From: the human T2T-CHM13v2.0 reference genome, Homo sapiens
Strand: one strand, 5' to 3'
DNA: 64,000 bases
Assembly (NCBI RefSeq): GCF_009914755.1
Contig: NC_060937.1
A model generated the notes under the pieces. The model was not told the DNA's origin and did no database searches. It was given only the letters and a program-made list of their open reading frames with translations. Both the position numbers and the translations under genes were made by a program. Below, in pieces: positions 1 through 15,451 of the stretch. Each line of letters starts with the position of its first letter. The stretch's first letter is position 1.

Positions 1-639
1 ATATATCCAATTTATATGGAATAGTTAAATAACTTCTTAAACTTTGTTCAAATGTTAAAGACTGCAGCAATTGCAGATTTCAATGAATACTTCATTATGA
101 GCTTCCAGCACACACTCTCACATGTGTTTTTCCTGTTTGCCTATATTTTCTGCATCGATTTTGTTTTGAACAGTAGAAGTCTTTGGAAACCACTCTGAGA
201 TATAATATTGAAGAGACAAACTAAGAACTAGTTTATAACTATGAATGCATAACCAGAAGACAGTTTAGCATTAGCCAATAAAGTCTCAGTTGTAAACTAA
301 CATCCTGAACCCCCAAAATTAGAGCCACAGTTAACCCTACAGGAAAGGTCAATATCAAACACATACTAAGATTGAGAAGTATTTTTTTTCTTTTAACTCT
401 AGCTTTGGCATATATAAATATTAAGTTTACTAATTAAAACATAATTTAAATATAATGCTACATTTATGGAGAAATGCATAATTTTGACTGGTAATTCACA
501 TTCTTATCAGTAGATGGTTGCTATCACTTAAATCACACCTGAGAATCAGAATGTATACCAAAAAGAGAGAAGGGAGATGATACTTCAGAGTATATCTTAT
601 GTGATATATGTTCTACATAAAATTATTATTCACAATCAG

Positions 640-790
640 TCTGAGATGTAGTCATCATTCTCAACATTTTAGATGAGGTAACAGAGACTTGAAGATGGTG
701 ATTAACTTTTACAAATGTAAGGGTTGATTTGAACCCTGTTACATATGACTTCAAGGCCTGGGATCTTCTGACATGCTACTCTGCCTTCTA
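640..790 (-). mobile_element. MIR SINE relic
   Basis: Degenerate MIR core-like text (cattttagatgaggtaacagagact...gatttgaaccc...tgacttcaaggcc); boundaries approximate. Confidence 0.5.
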
Positions 791-3700
791 AAACAAGATG
801 ACTTAAGGTCAAAAGTATGCAACTGTATGTGTATATGTGTGTGTGTATTTTTTCTAAACTCTGTTTATATATATTTCACATATGGTAAAACACCTGTGGC
901 TTGAATGTCTACATCTTTTAAAAATTTTGACAAATTCATACGCCCAGATAACCACCAACAAAATTAAGTCATAAAATACTTTCATTACTCCAAAATATTT
1001 CTTTCTCCTTCTTTTTCAATTAATTCCTCAACTTACAGAGCTAGGCACACCCTGAATATTATGGTTAAATAAGTGTTGTGTCTTCTAGCATTACATCTAC
1101 AGAGATTGTACAATAGGTATAATTTGTGTCCAGTATCTAATCAAATGCTATTGTAAAGGCAAAAAGCAGGAGGATGTGATCTCTAACCAAAAAATAACAC
1201 AAACAGCAAATTAAAACAGACCCACAGATCTGTATAACACAGATGATAGAATTATGGAACTAGCAGACAAGAATTTTTACTGTATAAGAATTTGTAATGC
1301 ATCTGGTAGATTATGGGAATGCTATGATTTCCTGTCTTAGATCTTTAAACAAGTCAATGCTAGAAAAACTGGTGCTGTTAGGCCATTTTCCAGTCTTTTA
1401 AAAAAATATAAGAGAACAGGCTATAATTTGAAAAAATGCAAATTAACAGGAATATCCAACAGTTACAATATTTATATACTTGCAATTTTACTAAAATTGA
1501 CTTTTCTTCTTTATCAATTTATATTTCCTGCCTACAAATTATATGTACTGCCCACAAGAAAATAATTTTGTTACTAATCTAAAAACACGTTTGTTTATAT
1601 AAATATTTCATGTAAGGGGGATACAATAGTAGATATAAAATTTGAAAGTTACAGATCACTAAACAAATGTGCACTTACATTAGTATTTCTTTTTATTCTG
1701 AGCTCCACGCAGTCAGTTAATTTTGCATGAAAAATAATTCTTCTTTCAAATAATCGATTGTGGCTACTTTTCATTTTTAAAATTTATTTTTAAAAATTCA
1801 GACTTCGGTAATAAAAAAGTTATCAATCTAATGTTTCATGTTCTTTAAATTTACTGCACCATTATTTTGGAATACAATTAAGTCACTATTAAATAATTAT
1901 GAATTTTAAAATTTCATTTGAAATAGCTTTTTTCAAATTAAATACCAATCTAACTAAAATATTTTCCATTGATCTATACATTAAGATCACAATAATATTT
2001 GTGTATTTGCACATTCCAAAATTTTTTATAACTTATTTCAATACTGAATATACAAACACGTGTCATGCACACACCCATTTTTTCTTTTTTGATCTTTTTT
2101 GATAACATTATTTGATTCATTTTTTGATAACATTATAAACTCTTTTTTTGTAATTCTGTCCATTAGAAATTATAGGCCACATTTTGCTCTTCTGTGAATG
2201 TTCTCTTATTGTTATTTAATATAATATATTTTAAATAAAAATTTATTTTTGGTATTGCTGCATTTATTGTAATGGAAATATTGTACTTGTCACTGGAAAA
2301 TTCATAGAATTTTTTAAAATGTGATCTAGATATTATTTATTAAACATGCGCTAAGAGAATATATTATAAGAAAATCCTTCAACATGACAATAAACTACTC
2401 AAACTACTGTCCCAATCATACATTTATGTTGTTTAGTCTAAGATCTTCTTTATTAAAAGTATTGCAGTAAGACCCATGGTGATATCAGTATTTTGAGCAT
2501 AGTTCTCATAATATAACTTGTTCTAACATATTTTGCACTGGACAGAAGAGCTATCAAAGTTATGGTGCATCCTTATTTATTTCGTCATGATTTTCTTCCC
2601 ATTGTTTCGGTTAAGGTATTCACATAAACAACAAAATGTCCGCTAAATTTTAATGTAAAAGTCTTTTGAAATATTTTTCTACATTATAAAATAAATTAGC
2701 AACAAGACTAAAGTGATATTGTTTTCCCATCAAACTGTTTATTGTCCTTTCAGTCCACAAAACTGTAGTGCCTTTTCCCAGGAGAAAACCTTCAGCAAAG
2801 TAGGGACACTTCAGAGCACAGAATAGAAGAATTATAAAACTGTCATAGATGTCAGAATATATTGCAATCAGCAGCAGAGTAGCATTGCCTGGAAAACAGC
2901 CATTTCATCTAAGGAGTTCTTTATGGTCTGGTAAATTGCATTACATTTAAACAAAATAGAAATGACATTTCTACACAAAATAGTTTAATCACTCAGTACA
3001 TGGTTAATTTTTCTGACATAACCTATTTCTTCATTTTAGGAAATGTGTGTGTGTGTTTTTTTATTTACTTGAATTCAAGAGAAAGTATGGAAATAAACTT
3101 TATTTTGCCAAAGGAGGTACAAACATTGCAAGAAAAGAAAAGGGAACAAAGCTCTTTTGTTTTGAAAAATCAATACAGACTTTTTCAAAGAGACTACAGA
3201 AAATAATTTTCGAATATTAAATGTAAATTCAGATAATCATGAGTGTGTTGACAGAAGAAGAGAGAAATAGGAAAAGAGAGAGAAGATAGAGAGTAGCAAA
3301 TATTAAAATAGCAACATTAATATTGTTAATCAAAATTTGTCTTGCTCATTTAAAAATCTTGTATTCTGAATTGGGACCATTTTGAATAGAGACCAAATAT
3401 ATTGAATATGGTGTTCTTGTTAGCATGGTTCTCCTTTCTTCATTCACATTGTTATATTCTTCTTTGTTCTATTTTTTAACTTATGCTCACATTTCAAGGC
3501 ATTGGATTCATTTGGTCGTGTCATTAAGAAATGGTGGATCCAGGATTTTATTATTTGATTATTGAGTGTTTTTCACATTCCAAAACAAATTAGTATTCCA
3601 GCTTTGCGGCTTACTGCTAGACACTGAATGCAGAGAGAACACATTATGCATTAGACCAGTTAAGAGGTTTTAAATCAGATTTGTGACTTGAAAGTTTGAA

Positions 3701-5403
3701 TAAGAAAACTAATAGAACACAAAATGAAGCACAGGGAAAATTAGATTAATTATCTACATCATTCAGTGTGAACAGCTGCTCATGTACTGTGTTGTTGAGT
3801 GGTATTTTGGTATTAAAACAAGCCTTAATTTTTCCCATATTAAGTTGCAATAATTGATGTGAAAACATATATACACATTTACAGATCACAATATCTTGGA
3901 GTATTTTAAAAATAGAAGTATATTTGAATAAGTTATTCATATTTTTTCTCTGTCTCCTTCTCCTCCCTCACTCTCACTAATTAGGAATATTTGCCTTTGT
4001 GATAACCCAAATATTTATCTTGCGTATTTTTCTCCATTAACACAACTTAGATAACTTGCTAATTCAAGACACTATATACTGAATGCAAAGACACATGTTT
4101 TTCCTAGTCATTTTTATTTCCCAACCCACCTAAGAATATTATGTTCAATTCACCCAAAGAAAGTTTCAAAGAATAATAGCACCTGCAGAATCGCACATTT
4201 CAATGCAACAACAAAGATCAAAATCTCTTGATCTATTTTAGAGGCAACTACCTCTTCCTTTAGGCAATCTAGACAAATTGAACCAATCTTTTTTGTAAAT
4301 CTGGTTCAGTTCAGATACCTTAAGTTCCTGTGTCACCTACATGCCTGTGTGTGTGTCTGTGTGTATGTGTATCCTTTGCTCTTGTTTCAGTCTTCTCTAA
4401 AGGCAGTGACATTGATATTTAATTGAAATAATTCCTGCTGGTACATAAAACATGCCTGAATAAACATCCACCTGTTCCTCATAAATGGCATCAGGTGCTC
4501 ATTCTATGTGACAAGCTGTATTTTAATTTTAAATATTTATTTTTTAATACTCAACCTCAGTAGGGTATGATTGCCATAATGCCCCGTAGTTGGTAAAATA
4601 ATGTGAGAACTAGGAAAGAAGGCTTACAATTTTTCCTCAATAATGAATGAAGCACAACAATTATTATTAAAGTAATTAAACATAAACACAAGATAGTTTC
4701 TAGTTAACATTTTTTTCAGAATTTTATAATTACATAAAGTCCGAATTAGAAGCAACCTGCTGCTAAACCCTCTAGAGAAAAACTAAGGATACTATAAATG
4801 ATCTCAGTCTTTCTAAATATTTTTGTTTTTATATAATTTAAATATTTTGAATAAGTGTATTTTATTTCAGTTTAAATTTCAACTGATCAAGAATAAAATA
4901 ATGAAGGCCTGTTTACCAAAGAAGGTGAGGTAGAAATATATGACTGGTTTAGATACTTGCAGGCAGAAGTATTGCTTTCATGGATAAAATAACACAAATA
5001 TTAGATCATTAAATTAAACTAACACAAAGCAAATATTTTAGTCAGTATCTTTCCTTTTAAGTAATTATCCCTTTGAAACCAAAAACCACCAAACAAAAAA
5101 TAATAATTGTAAGTAATGACTAAAGACAATATGCATGAGAAGAAGGTGTGGGAATACCTTTCCATCCCTCCAGGTCTTTTCCTGCCTAATTAGGATGCAC
5201 TATGCCAAGATTAATAAAATATTTAAAATCTAAGTTTTATATGCATCTCCATTACTTAAATAGAGTCAGTCTCGAAACAGCTCCACTTTATACTCAGATA
5301 TTTACACAATTTATGGTATATTTCCACAAAGTATGCCTCGAAATTTTATGATTCCAAGTTTGTTTGCAATAGTTCTGTATAAAGTATATTCTGGTGAGAA
5401 CTT

Positions 5404-5472
5404 TTAGATATACAAAAAAAAAAACTCCCCAAGTGGCAATTAGATATACAAAAAATATCTCCCCAAGTGGCA
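5404..5472. repeat. Local tandem duplication of ~33-35 bp
   Basis: ttagatatac-A-rich-ctccccaagtggca occurs at 5404-5438 and again at 5440-5472. Confidence 0.85.
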
Positions 5473-6567
5473 TGTTGTTATTCTAAATAAAATAATATTA
5501 TCTATTTCAAAAAATGATTCTTCTCATTTATTGCTTAAAAGGTTCAAATCAGTCTGTCTAGAGCTCAAAAAGCTATGGGCTATGAATACATTAGAAAGAA
5601 AACCATATTACTATTAGTTGAAATAATGAATATTTTACGACCAGGAAGAAATGTTCAGTGACTTGCAAAAATCAGACTTGGAAGCAGTCTCCGGTGGAGG
5701 CAAGTCAGATCCTAAATCCAATGAATAACACGATTAACATGATAAGCATGGATCTATCGCTTATGAGATATGAACCACAAAAGATATATAAATATAATTA
5801 CAAGTACTCTACCTTCAGGGATCATTCTATAATTCATTACAAATATGATTTCATCCCATGTTCATCCTATCATGAGTGCACACAGAAGATGGTGGATCAG
5901 AAAAGCAAACAACATAATTGAGTTCTCTGCACTGAGAACTTGGTTGCTCAGAAAATGAGTTAAACAATTGAATAACTATGGGTATACAGATAAAATGGAA
6001 CTTGAGCACCATTGATCAAAGGGTTTGAGAAGGACATTTATGTAAATCAAATTCTATTGTTTTTCCTGTAAGTAACATGAGGTTCAGAAGACTCCTTCAG
6101 AAATAATCCTAACACTAAAATCCAAAATGTGGTAGAGAACTTAAAGCAGCAGTCAGGATTTCACTGAGGGTGACTCTTCATTTATCTTTGTTTGCTGCCA
6201 GTCCTGTCTCTGTGCCATATGTGTTCCTTAGAAAACTAGGGATAGAGTTTTCATTCTTTTTCTAAGTTTCCATTAGATTTCCTGGAGGAAGAAAAATACA
6301 TTTACTTTAATGAAGAAAATTCTAGACTAGGTAACTAAATTTTATTTTCTTCTTTCAAGACACAGTAGGAAAATATGTGTTTTATTTTATTTATTATTGA
6401 CACCAATGTTGTTGAAGGAATGATACCAATATCTTTATAATTGTTTTTATTAAAAATTAAGTAACAAAAAGGATAAGATTATTGTGCTTTACTTGCCCAG
6501 GTGGCCACAGCAAACATATAACATTAGCATTGAATAACACGTACATATGGCATCAAAATACAAGATA

Positions 6568-6927
6568 CAAGTATGCCTCAGAGATATTTCAGGTTCAGTT
6601 CTGGACTACCACAATAAAGTTAACATAATAAAGTGAGTCACATTAATTTTTTTGGTATCTCGGTGTACATAAAAGTTATGTTTATACTTACCGTAGTCTA
6701 TTAAGTATGCAATAACATTTTGTATAATGGAAAATAGATACTTTAAATAAAAACATACTTTGTTGGTTAAAAAAAAACAAAACACGCTAATAAAGTGAGC
6801 ATATGCTGTTTGAAAAATGGCACTGATAGAGTTGCTCAATGCAGGGTTTCCATGAGACTTTAATTTGTAAAAGTGGACACTCTTCCAAGCACAATAAAAT
6901 GAAGCACAATAAAACAAGGTATGCCTG
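6568..6927 (-). mobile_element. Internally deleted Tigger1 (TcMar) DNA transposon with both termini
   Basis: TA-caagtatgcctc...aaggtatgcctg-TA terminal inverted repeats with TA TSDs; both ends resemble the Tigger1 termini. Confidence 0.8.
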
Positions 6928-6974
6928 TACTTAGACTAACTCATTGCCTCAGAAAATAATGTATTAAATGTAAT

Positions 6975-9900
6975 TTGGAGAGAAGCACTTCCAGAATGGC
7001 AGAGGACGGTTTTTCATGAACGCTCCCTCCAGTGAAACAACTACTAACTTCTGAAAATTAATAATACATTTCTGAAATTGTCCTATAAGCAAACAACAAA
7101 TGAAGAATATTTGTTCAATAATGAAACTTTGATGATAAAATATTCATTTGTTCTTACTAAATCTCGTAAAAACAATTAGAGTGTGTGAGTGTTGAGCCAC
7201 TTCCTTCCTTCTCTGGCAGTGTGATGGAAGCTATACTTTGGGTAGGTATAAGTCTGAAGACAGGGCTTTCTGTCTCCAGCAGCTGCCAATATAATAGTTT
7301 ATTTCTGGTGAAAGAAGAAAACAAGAATTTCTTATCTCCTTCCCCAGATTTGTGCTGCAGCTTTATTCCAGGCAAGCAGAGCAGGATACAGCAGAGCAGT
7401 CTGCTTTCATCTACCCAGACCCTACTCCTAGTGTGAAAGACTATACCAGCTGTGGTAGGTTGAGAATCCCAGAGATGAATCCCTATCGCAACTTGCTCAT
7501 ATGGCAGTTTTTCTATGTTTGGAAGAGCAAGTCAAGTAACTGGGTTATCATCCATGTCAGTACCCTGCTTTCAGAGTATCAGCATCACTGAGACAAAGGG
7601 GCCACTGTCCATGCACCCAGTTCTGGGGCAGTACCACATTGGTTCTTCCCAAGTGGAGCATTAGGCCATAATTGCAAATAAATCTGCATTTTTTCATATA
7701 GTAATTAACTTCATTTGGAGCAGATCTTGGGAAACTCCAAGCCTAAGGACATAGTCAGAAAATGGAGATGTTGGTGGTAAGTAATTAAGAGGAGACTGAC
7801 AGGTCCCTAAGAGCACCAAGAGAAATTATAGACTAGCCAGCTGTTTATCAGAGAAAATGAAAGGAAATGCAGTTAAAAAGAACCTTCCTAGCATTGGAGT
7901 AAGGCCCAAAGACTACCTCTGCAAAGGAGATTGACTTAATTGAACAGTTGTATAACATTTTATGCACCAGGGCATTGTCAAAGACAACACAGCAATCAAC
8001 TAATAATCATTAGAGAAAAATAACTGGCTGTAATACTACAAAAGTCTAACCAGGCAAAAAGTCATCCACAACGTATGGGGTATCAGGAAGGTGGTGCAAC
8101 GTCTGAGGCGCAACATCATTGGCTTGATATTGCAAAGGATGGACACTGCACTGAAAGAATCTATTAAAATCATAAAGAAACAAAGAAGACATAACAAATA
8201 GTTTCTAATGAAAAATCAAGAGACATTGAAAAAGAACACAGGAAAGTGTGACTCATACACAGAAATATAAATCAAGCAACACACTGTCTTTGAAGTGGTC
8301 AAAATGTTGTACTTAACAGAACAAAAGAGTTTGAAGTGCTATTCCTAATCCATTAAATAACTAAAGGCTGAAAACTTCCAAATTTCCTGAAAACTTTGAT
8401 GTGTACAGTCAAGCTGCTCAAGTAACTCCAAGGGGGATATCATAAAGTGATCCACAAGGCACACTTTATAGTGAAAATATGAAAGACAAAGAGAAACAGA
8501 AAATCTTGAAAGCAGCAAATGACAAATGCCTTGTCACATACAACGAACTTTAAAGTAACAGCTGATTTCTCACAGAAACAATGGAGTCCAAAAGGCAGTG
8601 GTATGACAAATGCAAAAAGATGACAGACAAAATTCCTGTCAGAATAGAATCTTACATCTGATAACAGCAACTAAGAGTTTTCACTGCTACTGGGTATGTC
8701 ATATTAAAAATAATTATTTGAGTCCAAAGCAAGTGACACCGGATGATAATCTGAATCAACATAGAAATGCAAGTGATTCTAGATGATAATCCACATAGAA
8801 TCCACATAGAAGGTCAAAGAGTTACATAAAAGATAGTTGTGTAGATAATTGTAGAAGACATTCTGATTGCATATTTCTTATTTTTCTTCTTAACTTATTT
8901 AAAAAGCAATTGTATATAACAATGTGCATATATTTGTATGCTAAGGCAATAACATATACAATATGTGTTTGACAACTTACATCCTAATGAAGACAAGTTA
9001 GACCAAGTTGTATTGGTGGAAGAAAACTACACAAGTTAGTAAGAGGGAATACAAAGAAAAATATATAAACATTATATCTGTAAATGCCCACATTTAAAAG
9101 GTATCTAAAATATACAAAATAACATTCCAACTTAAGAGACTGGAAAATACAATGACAAACTAAACCTCAAGTCACCAGATATAATGAAATAATAAAGATG
9201 ATAACAGGAGCAAGATGAATATTAAATGGAGATTAGGAAAAACTGCTAGAGAATAGCTTTTAAAAATCAATAATTGGCTTCTTGAAAAAAATCAGCAAAA
9301 TAGATAAACATAATCCAGAGAGAGAGAGAGAAATAAGACTCAAATTACTAAAATAATAAATAAAAGACATCCTTTATATTTAGGTGAGTTAATCACTACT
9401 GACTTTACCTAAAAGAAAAGAAGTATATGTGAATACTATGAGTAATTATAAAACAGAAAATTAGATGTTAATTGAAATGTATAAAAATCCATAGAAAGAT
9501 GTACATTACTAAAGCTTACTCAAGAAGAAATAGGCAATAATAACACAAATACAACAATAAAATTGAATTAATAGTTTTAATACTTTCCGTATAAAAAGTC
9601 CAAACCAGGTAGTGTCACTGCTGAATGCTACTAAACATTCAAAAAGTATTAATAACAAGTCTTCATAAACTCATTCAAAAACTAGAAAAAAATGAGCTAT
9701 TTTATAATTAATTCTGTGAGGGCAGCATTAGCCTGATAATAAAATCAAAGACATTCCAAGAAGTTAAAACTGCAGACCATGATCTCTTGTAAATATATAC
9801 ACAAACAGCCCTTAACAAAATACTAGCAAATCTAATCCAGCAGCATATCAAAAGAATTACATATCATGACCAAGTATGATTTATCCCAGCAATTCGTTTG

Positions 9901-11185
9901 ATTTTACATACAGAAATCAATGTATCATATTGATATAATAAAGGTATTTATCAATCACATTATCTCACAGAAACATAATAAGCATTTGAGACTTAGTATC
10001 CATTTTTAGACAAAACACTCAACTAATTTGGAATGTTCAACATCATAAAGGGCATCCATAAACAAAATCATCCATAACCTCATACTTAATGTGAAAGGCT
10101 AAAGGCTTTCCTCTAAGATAAGAAACAAGAAAAGGATGTCCTCTTTTACCACTTGTATTTAACATTGCACTAGAGGTTTTAGCCACAACAATTAGGCAAG
10201 TGAAAGAAATAGCAGGTATTTAGATTAGAAAGGATAAACTAAAACTAGCTTTATTTCAGATGATAAGTTTTCTTATAAAAAAATTCTAAGAAATCCAACA
10301 AAAATTTGGAACTAATATTCTCAACAAGGTTGAGTCTCCGTACTCCTTAGTTCGGCTAGGTCTGAGTTCTTGTTCCACAACCAAGAACAATAAGACACGC
10401 AGACACCGGAGAGTGAGTAAGGCAGCGTAGGATTTATTAAGCAACAGAAAAGCTCTCAGCAGTGAGAGGGGACCCAAAGAGAGTTGCCAGAAGTGGGGCT
10501 GAATTCTGGGTCTTTTATGTGGCAAAGACAAGTAAGTCCTCTGTGGGTTCTATACTAAGAGGACAGGTAAAGTTCCCCCATAAGAGTGCTGCATTTGCAC
10601 ATGCCTGGGATTGGCTATAGCTACCCCATCTTGGTTATTACCCATGATTATGAGTACCTAAATGAAACCCACAGGGAACTAAAACCACAAAACTAATGTC
10701 ATGTTAATGATATTATAATGAGGAATTATCTGGGTTAAGTTAAAGACATTTCAGTTCATTTATTGTCCCTGCACCTAGGTTGGGACAGTCCCTTCCGAGC
10801 AAACATCCTAGCTAGAGAAAGTTCTTAGCTACATTTCTTTTCACTAACTACAAGGGTGGTGCAGGTGCGGTTCCACAGATGTATTTCCTCTCCTGAGACC
10901 CTCCCTCTCTAGCTGCCTAGCTGGCTTCTAACTGCCTCCTCTCTCAGTAGAATATACAATATAGAAAAATCAATTGTATTTCCATACAAAAGCAGTAAAC
11001 AATCAAAAAATAAAATGTAAAACATAATTTTATTTATAAGATAATCAAAAAGAATACAATACTCAGTGATAAATTTATCTATAAGAGTGTAAAACATGCA
11101 TTCTGAAAGCTACAAAACATCACTGAGAAAAATTAAAGAAGGCCTAAATAAATGGAAAGATATCCCTTATTCATGGATTAGAAGA
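6975..11185 (+). mobile_element. Old L1 (L1M group): degraded 5' region, ORF1 and ORF2 remnants, interrupted by an LTR
   Basis: A-rich L1 signatures (aaaatcttgaaagcagca, acagctgatttctcacagaaacaatggag, aaaatactagcaaatctaatccagcagcatat, aaataaatggaaagatatccc); no intact ORF. Confidence 0.8.
10331..10946 (-). mobile_element. ERV1-class solo LTR inserted in L1 ORF2 (family uncertain)
   Basis: GC-richer block that interrupts contiguous L1 text (caacaaggt|...|gtagaatatac); minus strand begins TGAGAGAGGAGGCAG and has AATAAA near its 3' end; no clear TSD. Confidence 0.65.
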
Positions 11186-11796
11186 CAAGCTTAGGAGAAA
11201 TCGTTGTGATTGTATGAAAACCTGAAAAATAATTGAAATAAGTATGAAGAAAGAAAGAATGGGAAGAGATAGAAAGAGCCATTAGATAGATAGATTATCT
11301 CAATTGAGTTAAAACATTAAGTAGAACATTAACATAACTTCAAAGATAGAAGACTGAGAGAAGACTACATGTACAATTTAACAGCAAAAAGCCTCAAATT
11401 GAGCTATGTGTCTTAATTAACATTCTCTTGTAAACATAATGAATAAATTAGCTCTTTTTATTATAATGGAAAATTAATGAAAATTTTGCTCATCGTAACA
11501 AGGATTTGCTCTAGTGAAGAGACAGTGCTCAGTGTGGAACCTATTATTTTTCTTTTAATTTCTTCCTTGTAGTTAACTTTTTAAATCATATCTTTCAAGA
11601 TAAAAAGACAAAAAATTAGTTTTAAAATTAATACTTCAAAATTTTCTATTCAAATGATGATTATTATTATGAAAAAATATGGTGGTAAATGTTCAGGTTC
11701 TATGATTCTAACAACAAATATACTTTAACTGTATTGTCTATGATTAAAGAAACTGAATAATAATATCTTATTTTCTTTGAATCACCGTAAGAGAGT

Positions 11797-12103
11797 ATTA
11801 TAGACTGGTGGATTCAAAGCAGTTCTGGAGTCTGGGAAGTCCAAGATCAAGGTCCTGGTAGATTTGGTGTATGGTTGAGGGCCCACTTCCTCATTGACAG
11901 CCTTCTCTTCGCTCTAACCTCACATGACAGAAGGTGCCAGGGGTCTCTCTCAAGCCTCTTTTATAAAAGTACTAATCTAATTCATGAAAGTTCTGCCGCA
12001 TAACCTAACCAAAGGCTCCAGCTCCTAAAACCATTACCTTGGGGATGAAGATGAGGATTTCAATTTATGCACTTGAGGAGACTTACACATTCAGACCACA
12101 GTA
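11797..12103 (-). mobile_element. MaLR LTR (MLT1A/MSTD-like)
   Basis: cagttctggagtctgggaagtccaagatcaagg...acattcagaccacagta, typical antisense MLT1A text. Confidence 0.7.
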
Positions 12104-14473
12104 GTCAGATAAATATTTTAAAAACTCAAACATAGGTAGGTTAAAACCATTAGGTAGAACAAAACAGTTATTATATTAGTGGTTCTTTAGAATTCTCTTT
12201 TTTAGTTGTACTAGCTCACTTGACAGTGTCTTTTCTTTTTATATATTAGTATTGCAACAGTGTCTGAGAAATTAAAATAGTGTAATTGTTATTTTAGTCA
12301 TTCATTATCCTTGCATTTTAACATTGCTAACAAAGTGACATTGTCTTAATTGGTCAATTAATAACCCCTTTGTATTATTAAGTAATATGTACCTACTGCA
12401 AAGGTTACAGAAAACACATATAAATAGAATTTTTAAAAGTACAAATAAATCACCCTACCTAGACTTAGTCAGTAATCATATTTTGCTTTATTTTCTTTCA
12501 GCATAATTTCTGTAGAGTCTTGCCTCATGTATTTTCCAGAACACCTGCATATATGTGTATGTCTGTGTCTGTACATTAGAAGGAAACTTTATTGCATAAT
12601 TATTAATCAGTTTGATCTAAATTTAATTAGAATGTTATTGAGTCATATTTCAGCTTTTTCATACTCTTATATATTTTTCTAATAGTAAAAATCATAGCTT
12701 AAGTACACATTCCATCCCAACTCTCTTTTGTGCCAGCTTCCTAGAGTGACAGTGTGTTTGTAATTTTACACCTAACATCTACTTTAACTTTTGACAAATG
12801 TGTTTATAAAAATATTTGCATATTAAAGGCAATTATTAGACAAAGAAGATGTTAAAGGCAGTCAAACTGCAACAAAGAAGGAAAACAGATTACCACAAGG
12901 CAATCACATGAAAGAAAGTGCAGTATATTGGCTCATTCGCTAAAATAAAAGATGGCTGAACCTGAACAGTACAGATTGAAAAACTCTATTACAGAAAGGA
13001 CATCACTAAACTTAATTGTTCTGAATTTATGTTTCTATTAAATCAGAAATCACTTAATAAGTATAATAGGACTTCAGCTAATAAATGAGAATGATAGTCT
13101 TCTTGATGGGATTCTGTAATTTTGTATAGTAGCAAACCTCTAAGGAAAACATTTTTTGAGTAATTAGAATTTTTCTAGGTTAAATGCTCTCAAGAGTGAC
13201 ATAAGAAAGGATTCTGTTTATTAACTGGCAAGAGAGGGTGACATCTGATTGATATGTATCAGAATGGTGATCTAAACACACAGAAAAGCATACAAGTCTT
13301 CTCAAGTGATTTTTAAACAATATGATCTTACTGTATATCCCTAATGGAATATAAGGGTGAAGAAAAAAACTACAAAGAAATTCTAAAGTTTTCTCAGCAG
13401 TCTTTTATTATTGATATTTTAATTATAGTTTAATAAACACTTCATAAGTGATGTTGCATGACATGATAAGTAAATCTATTCATGTTATTAATGATCACAT
13501 AAATTGGTATATGTTAAAAGGACTACAGATAACAAATTAAATAATTTCTACATACTCAATTTAATTTTAAATTGCTTTATTTATCTGTCTAATTGTCTGT
13601 GAATTTTAAAAGGTGTATTTTTTTCCAAACCTTTTTCATGGACGAGGTTTAGATGCAAAAATACCCCAATAGAAATAAATACGTGTAGTTTACAGATTTT
13701 GTTTCATAGTATAATTTTCCCCTAATAAGATCTAACATTGCTAGGATAAATGGTTTATGCCAGTTCTGGGCCATAAGAGTTCCAGAAAAGCCTTTAGCAC
13801 CTTGGCCTAGAGAACAAGGAAGGCTCAGATGAAAGAAGGTTTAAAAAGGATCCAGAGGCAAGATTCTTGGTACTCAAAACACATATTTAAGCATTAGATA
13901 AGTCTAATGTATTGTAAAATATTTAAAAATATAAACCAATGAGTCTATAGTAATATCCAAAAATGGGCTAATAAAGACTCATTTTAAACCATTTGACGCA
14001 TCTATGACACCACATGTTTACTCAGAAGATTCATTGTTGGAGGAAATAAGCATGCATTCCGCATTTAAGAAAGATCATATTTGATGTAGGATATCACTTG
14101 CTTAAAAAAGATCATCAGCTAATCATATAAAAGAAATGATTAGACTAGAAAGTTATGACTATAAAATTTCACACAAAATAGCCACTGGAATTAATATGGA
14201 AAAATCCAGAGAAAAACATAGTTCACATCCCTTCAATGTATGTTAGAGCAGAGATTACTTTCTAAGTACAAAAAAAAAGTCCATTTACATTAGAGACAAC
14301 TTGAGCCACCATTTTAATCAAGTGATCATACATTAGCATCATTAACATTGAGATTCTGATACTATGTAATATTTGAGGTGTTGCAACATAAGGTGACTTG
14401 TAACATCTATGGAGTTATTACCAAAAAATTATACCTGAATTTAATGAAATAATTAGATGTATATTTCTCTTTA

Positions 14474-14819
<346 letters not shown>

Positions 14820-15451
14820 CTATATGGTAGATTTTAATTGCTGACCTGTTTTGTCATCAATTACAAAATTAAATTAATTTTTTTATTTCAAGTGAAGCTG
14901 TCTCATTTAATAAACCCCAAAACAGTGATCTCTTCATGACTTTCTTTCATCTATTTATATTTTTCTCATTATTATCTTAATTTATAATCACTCAAGATTA
15001 TATGAGTTCAGAAATGGGAGGCCATAGTCTGGTATTCATCTAAAAAGAAGTAAAAGAAACAAAGAATAGAAGAAAGCAAGGAAGGAAGACAAAAAGACAA
15101 GGTGAAATCAATAAGTTTATACATCAATAAAGGTTTAGGAGAAATATGATAATTAAGATTAAGATGTAAAGAGAGAGAATGTAATTATGGTGCACGTTTT
15201 CTGTTTTCTCCTTGTACAAAACAGGCCATTGATTCATATTCATATTCATATGTAGAAGTATTTTAATGACCATGATCATTATATAGAGTCATAAAATTGG
15301 TAAGTACTTATTTTTCAACTTAATGACAATTTAAAATACTGAGAAAAAGGAGAAAATGGTAGGATTTTTCCTTATGACCGATAAAATCTTGTCTAAAAAT
15401 CTGTTAAACTGATTTTTCTTCAAGACCTAAGAAAACAAACTAAAATATCCT

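Noticed and set aside
2095-2136. Small direct repeats and palindromes (also ~8745-8810, 30826-30853, 44380-44395)
   Set aside because: Ordinary slippage or low-complexity features of AT-rich DNA.
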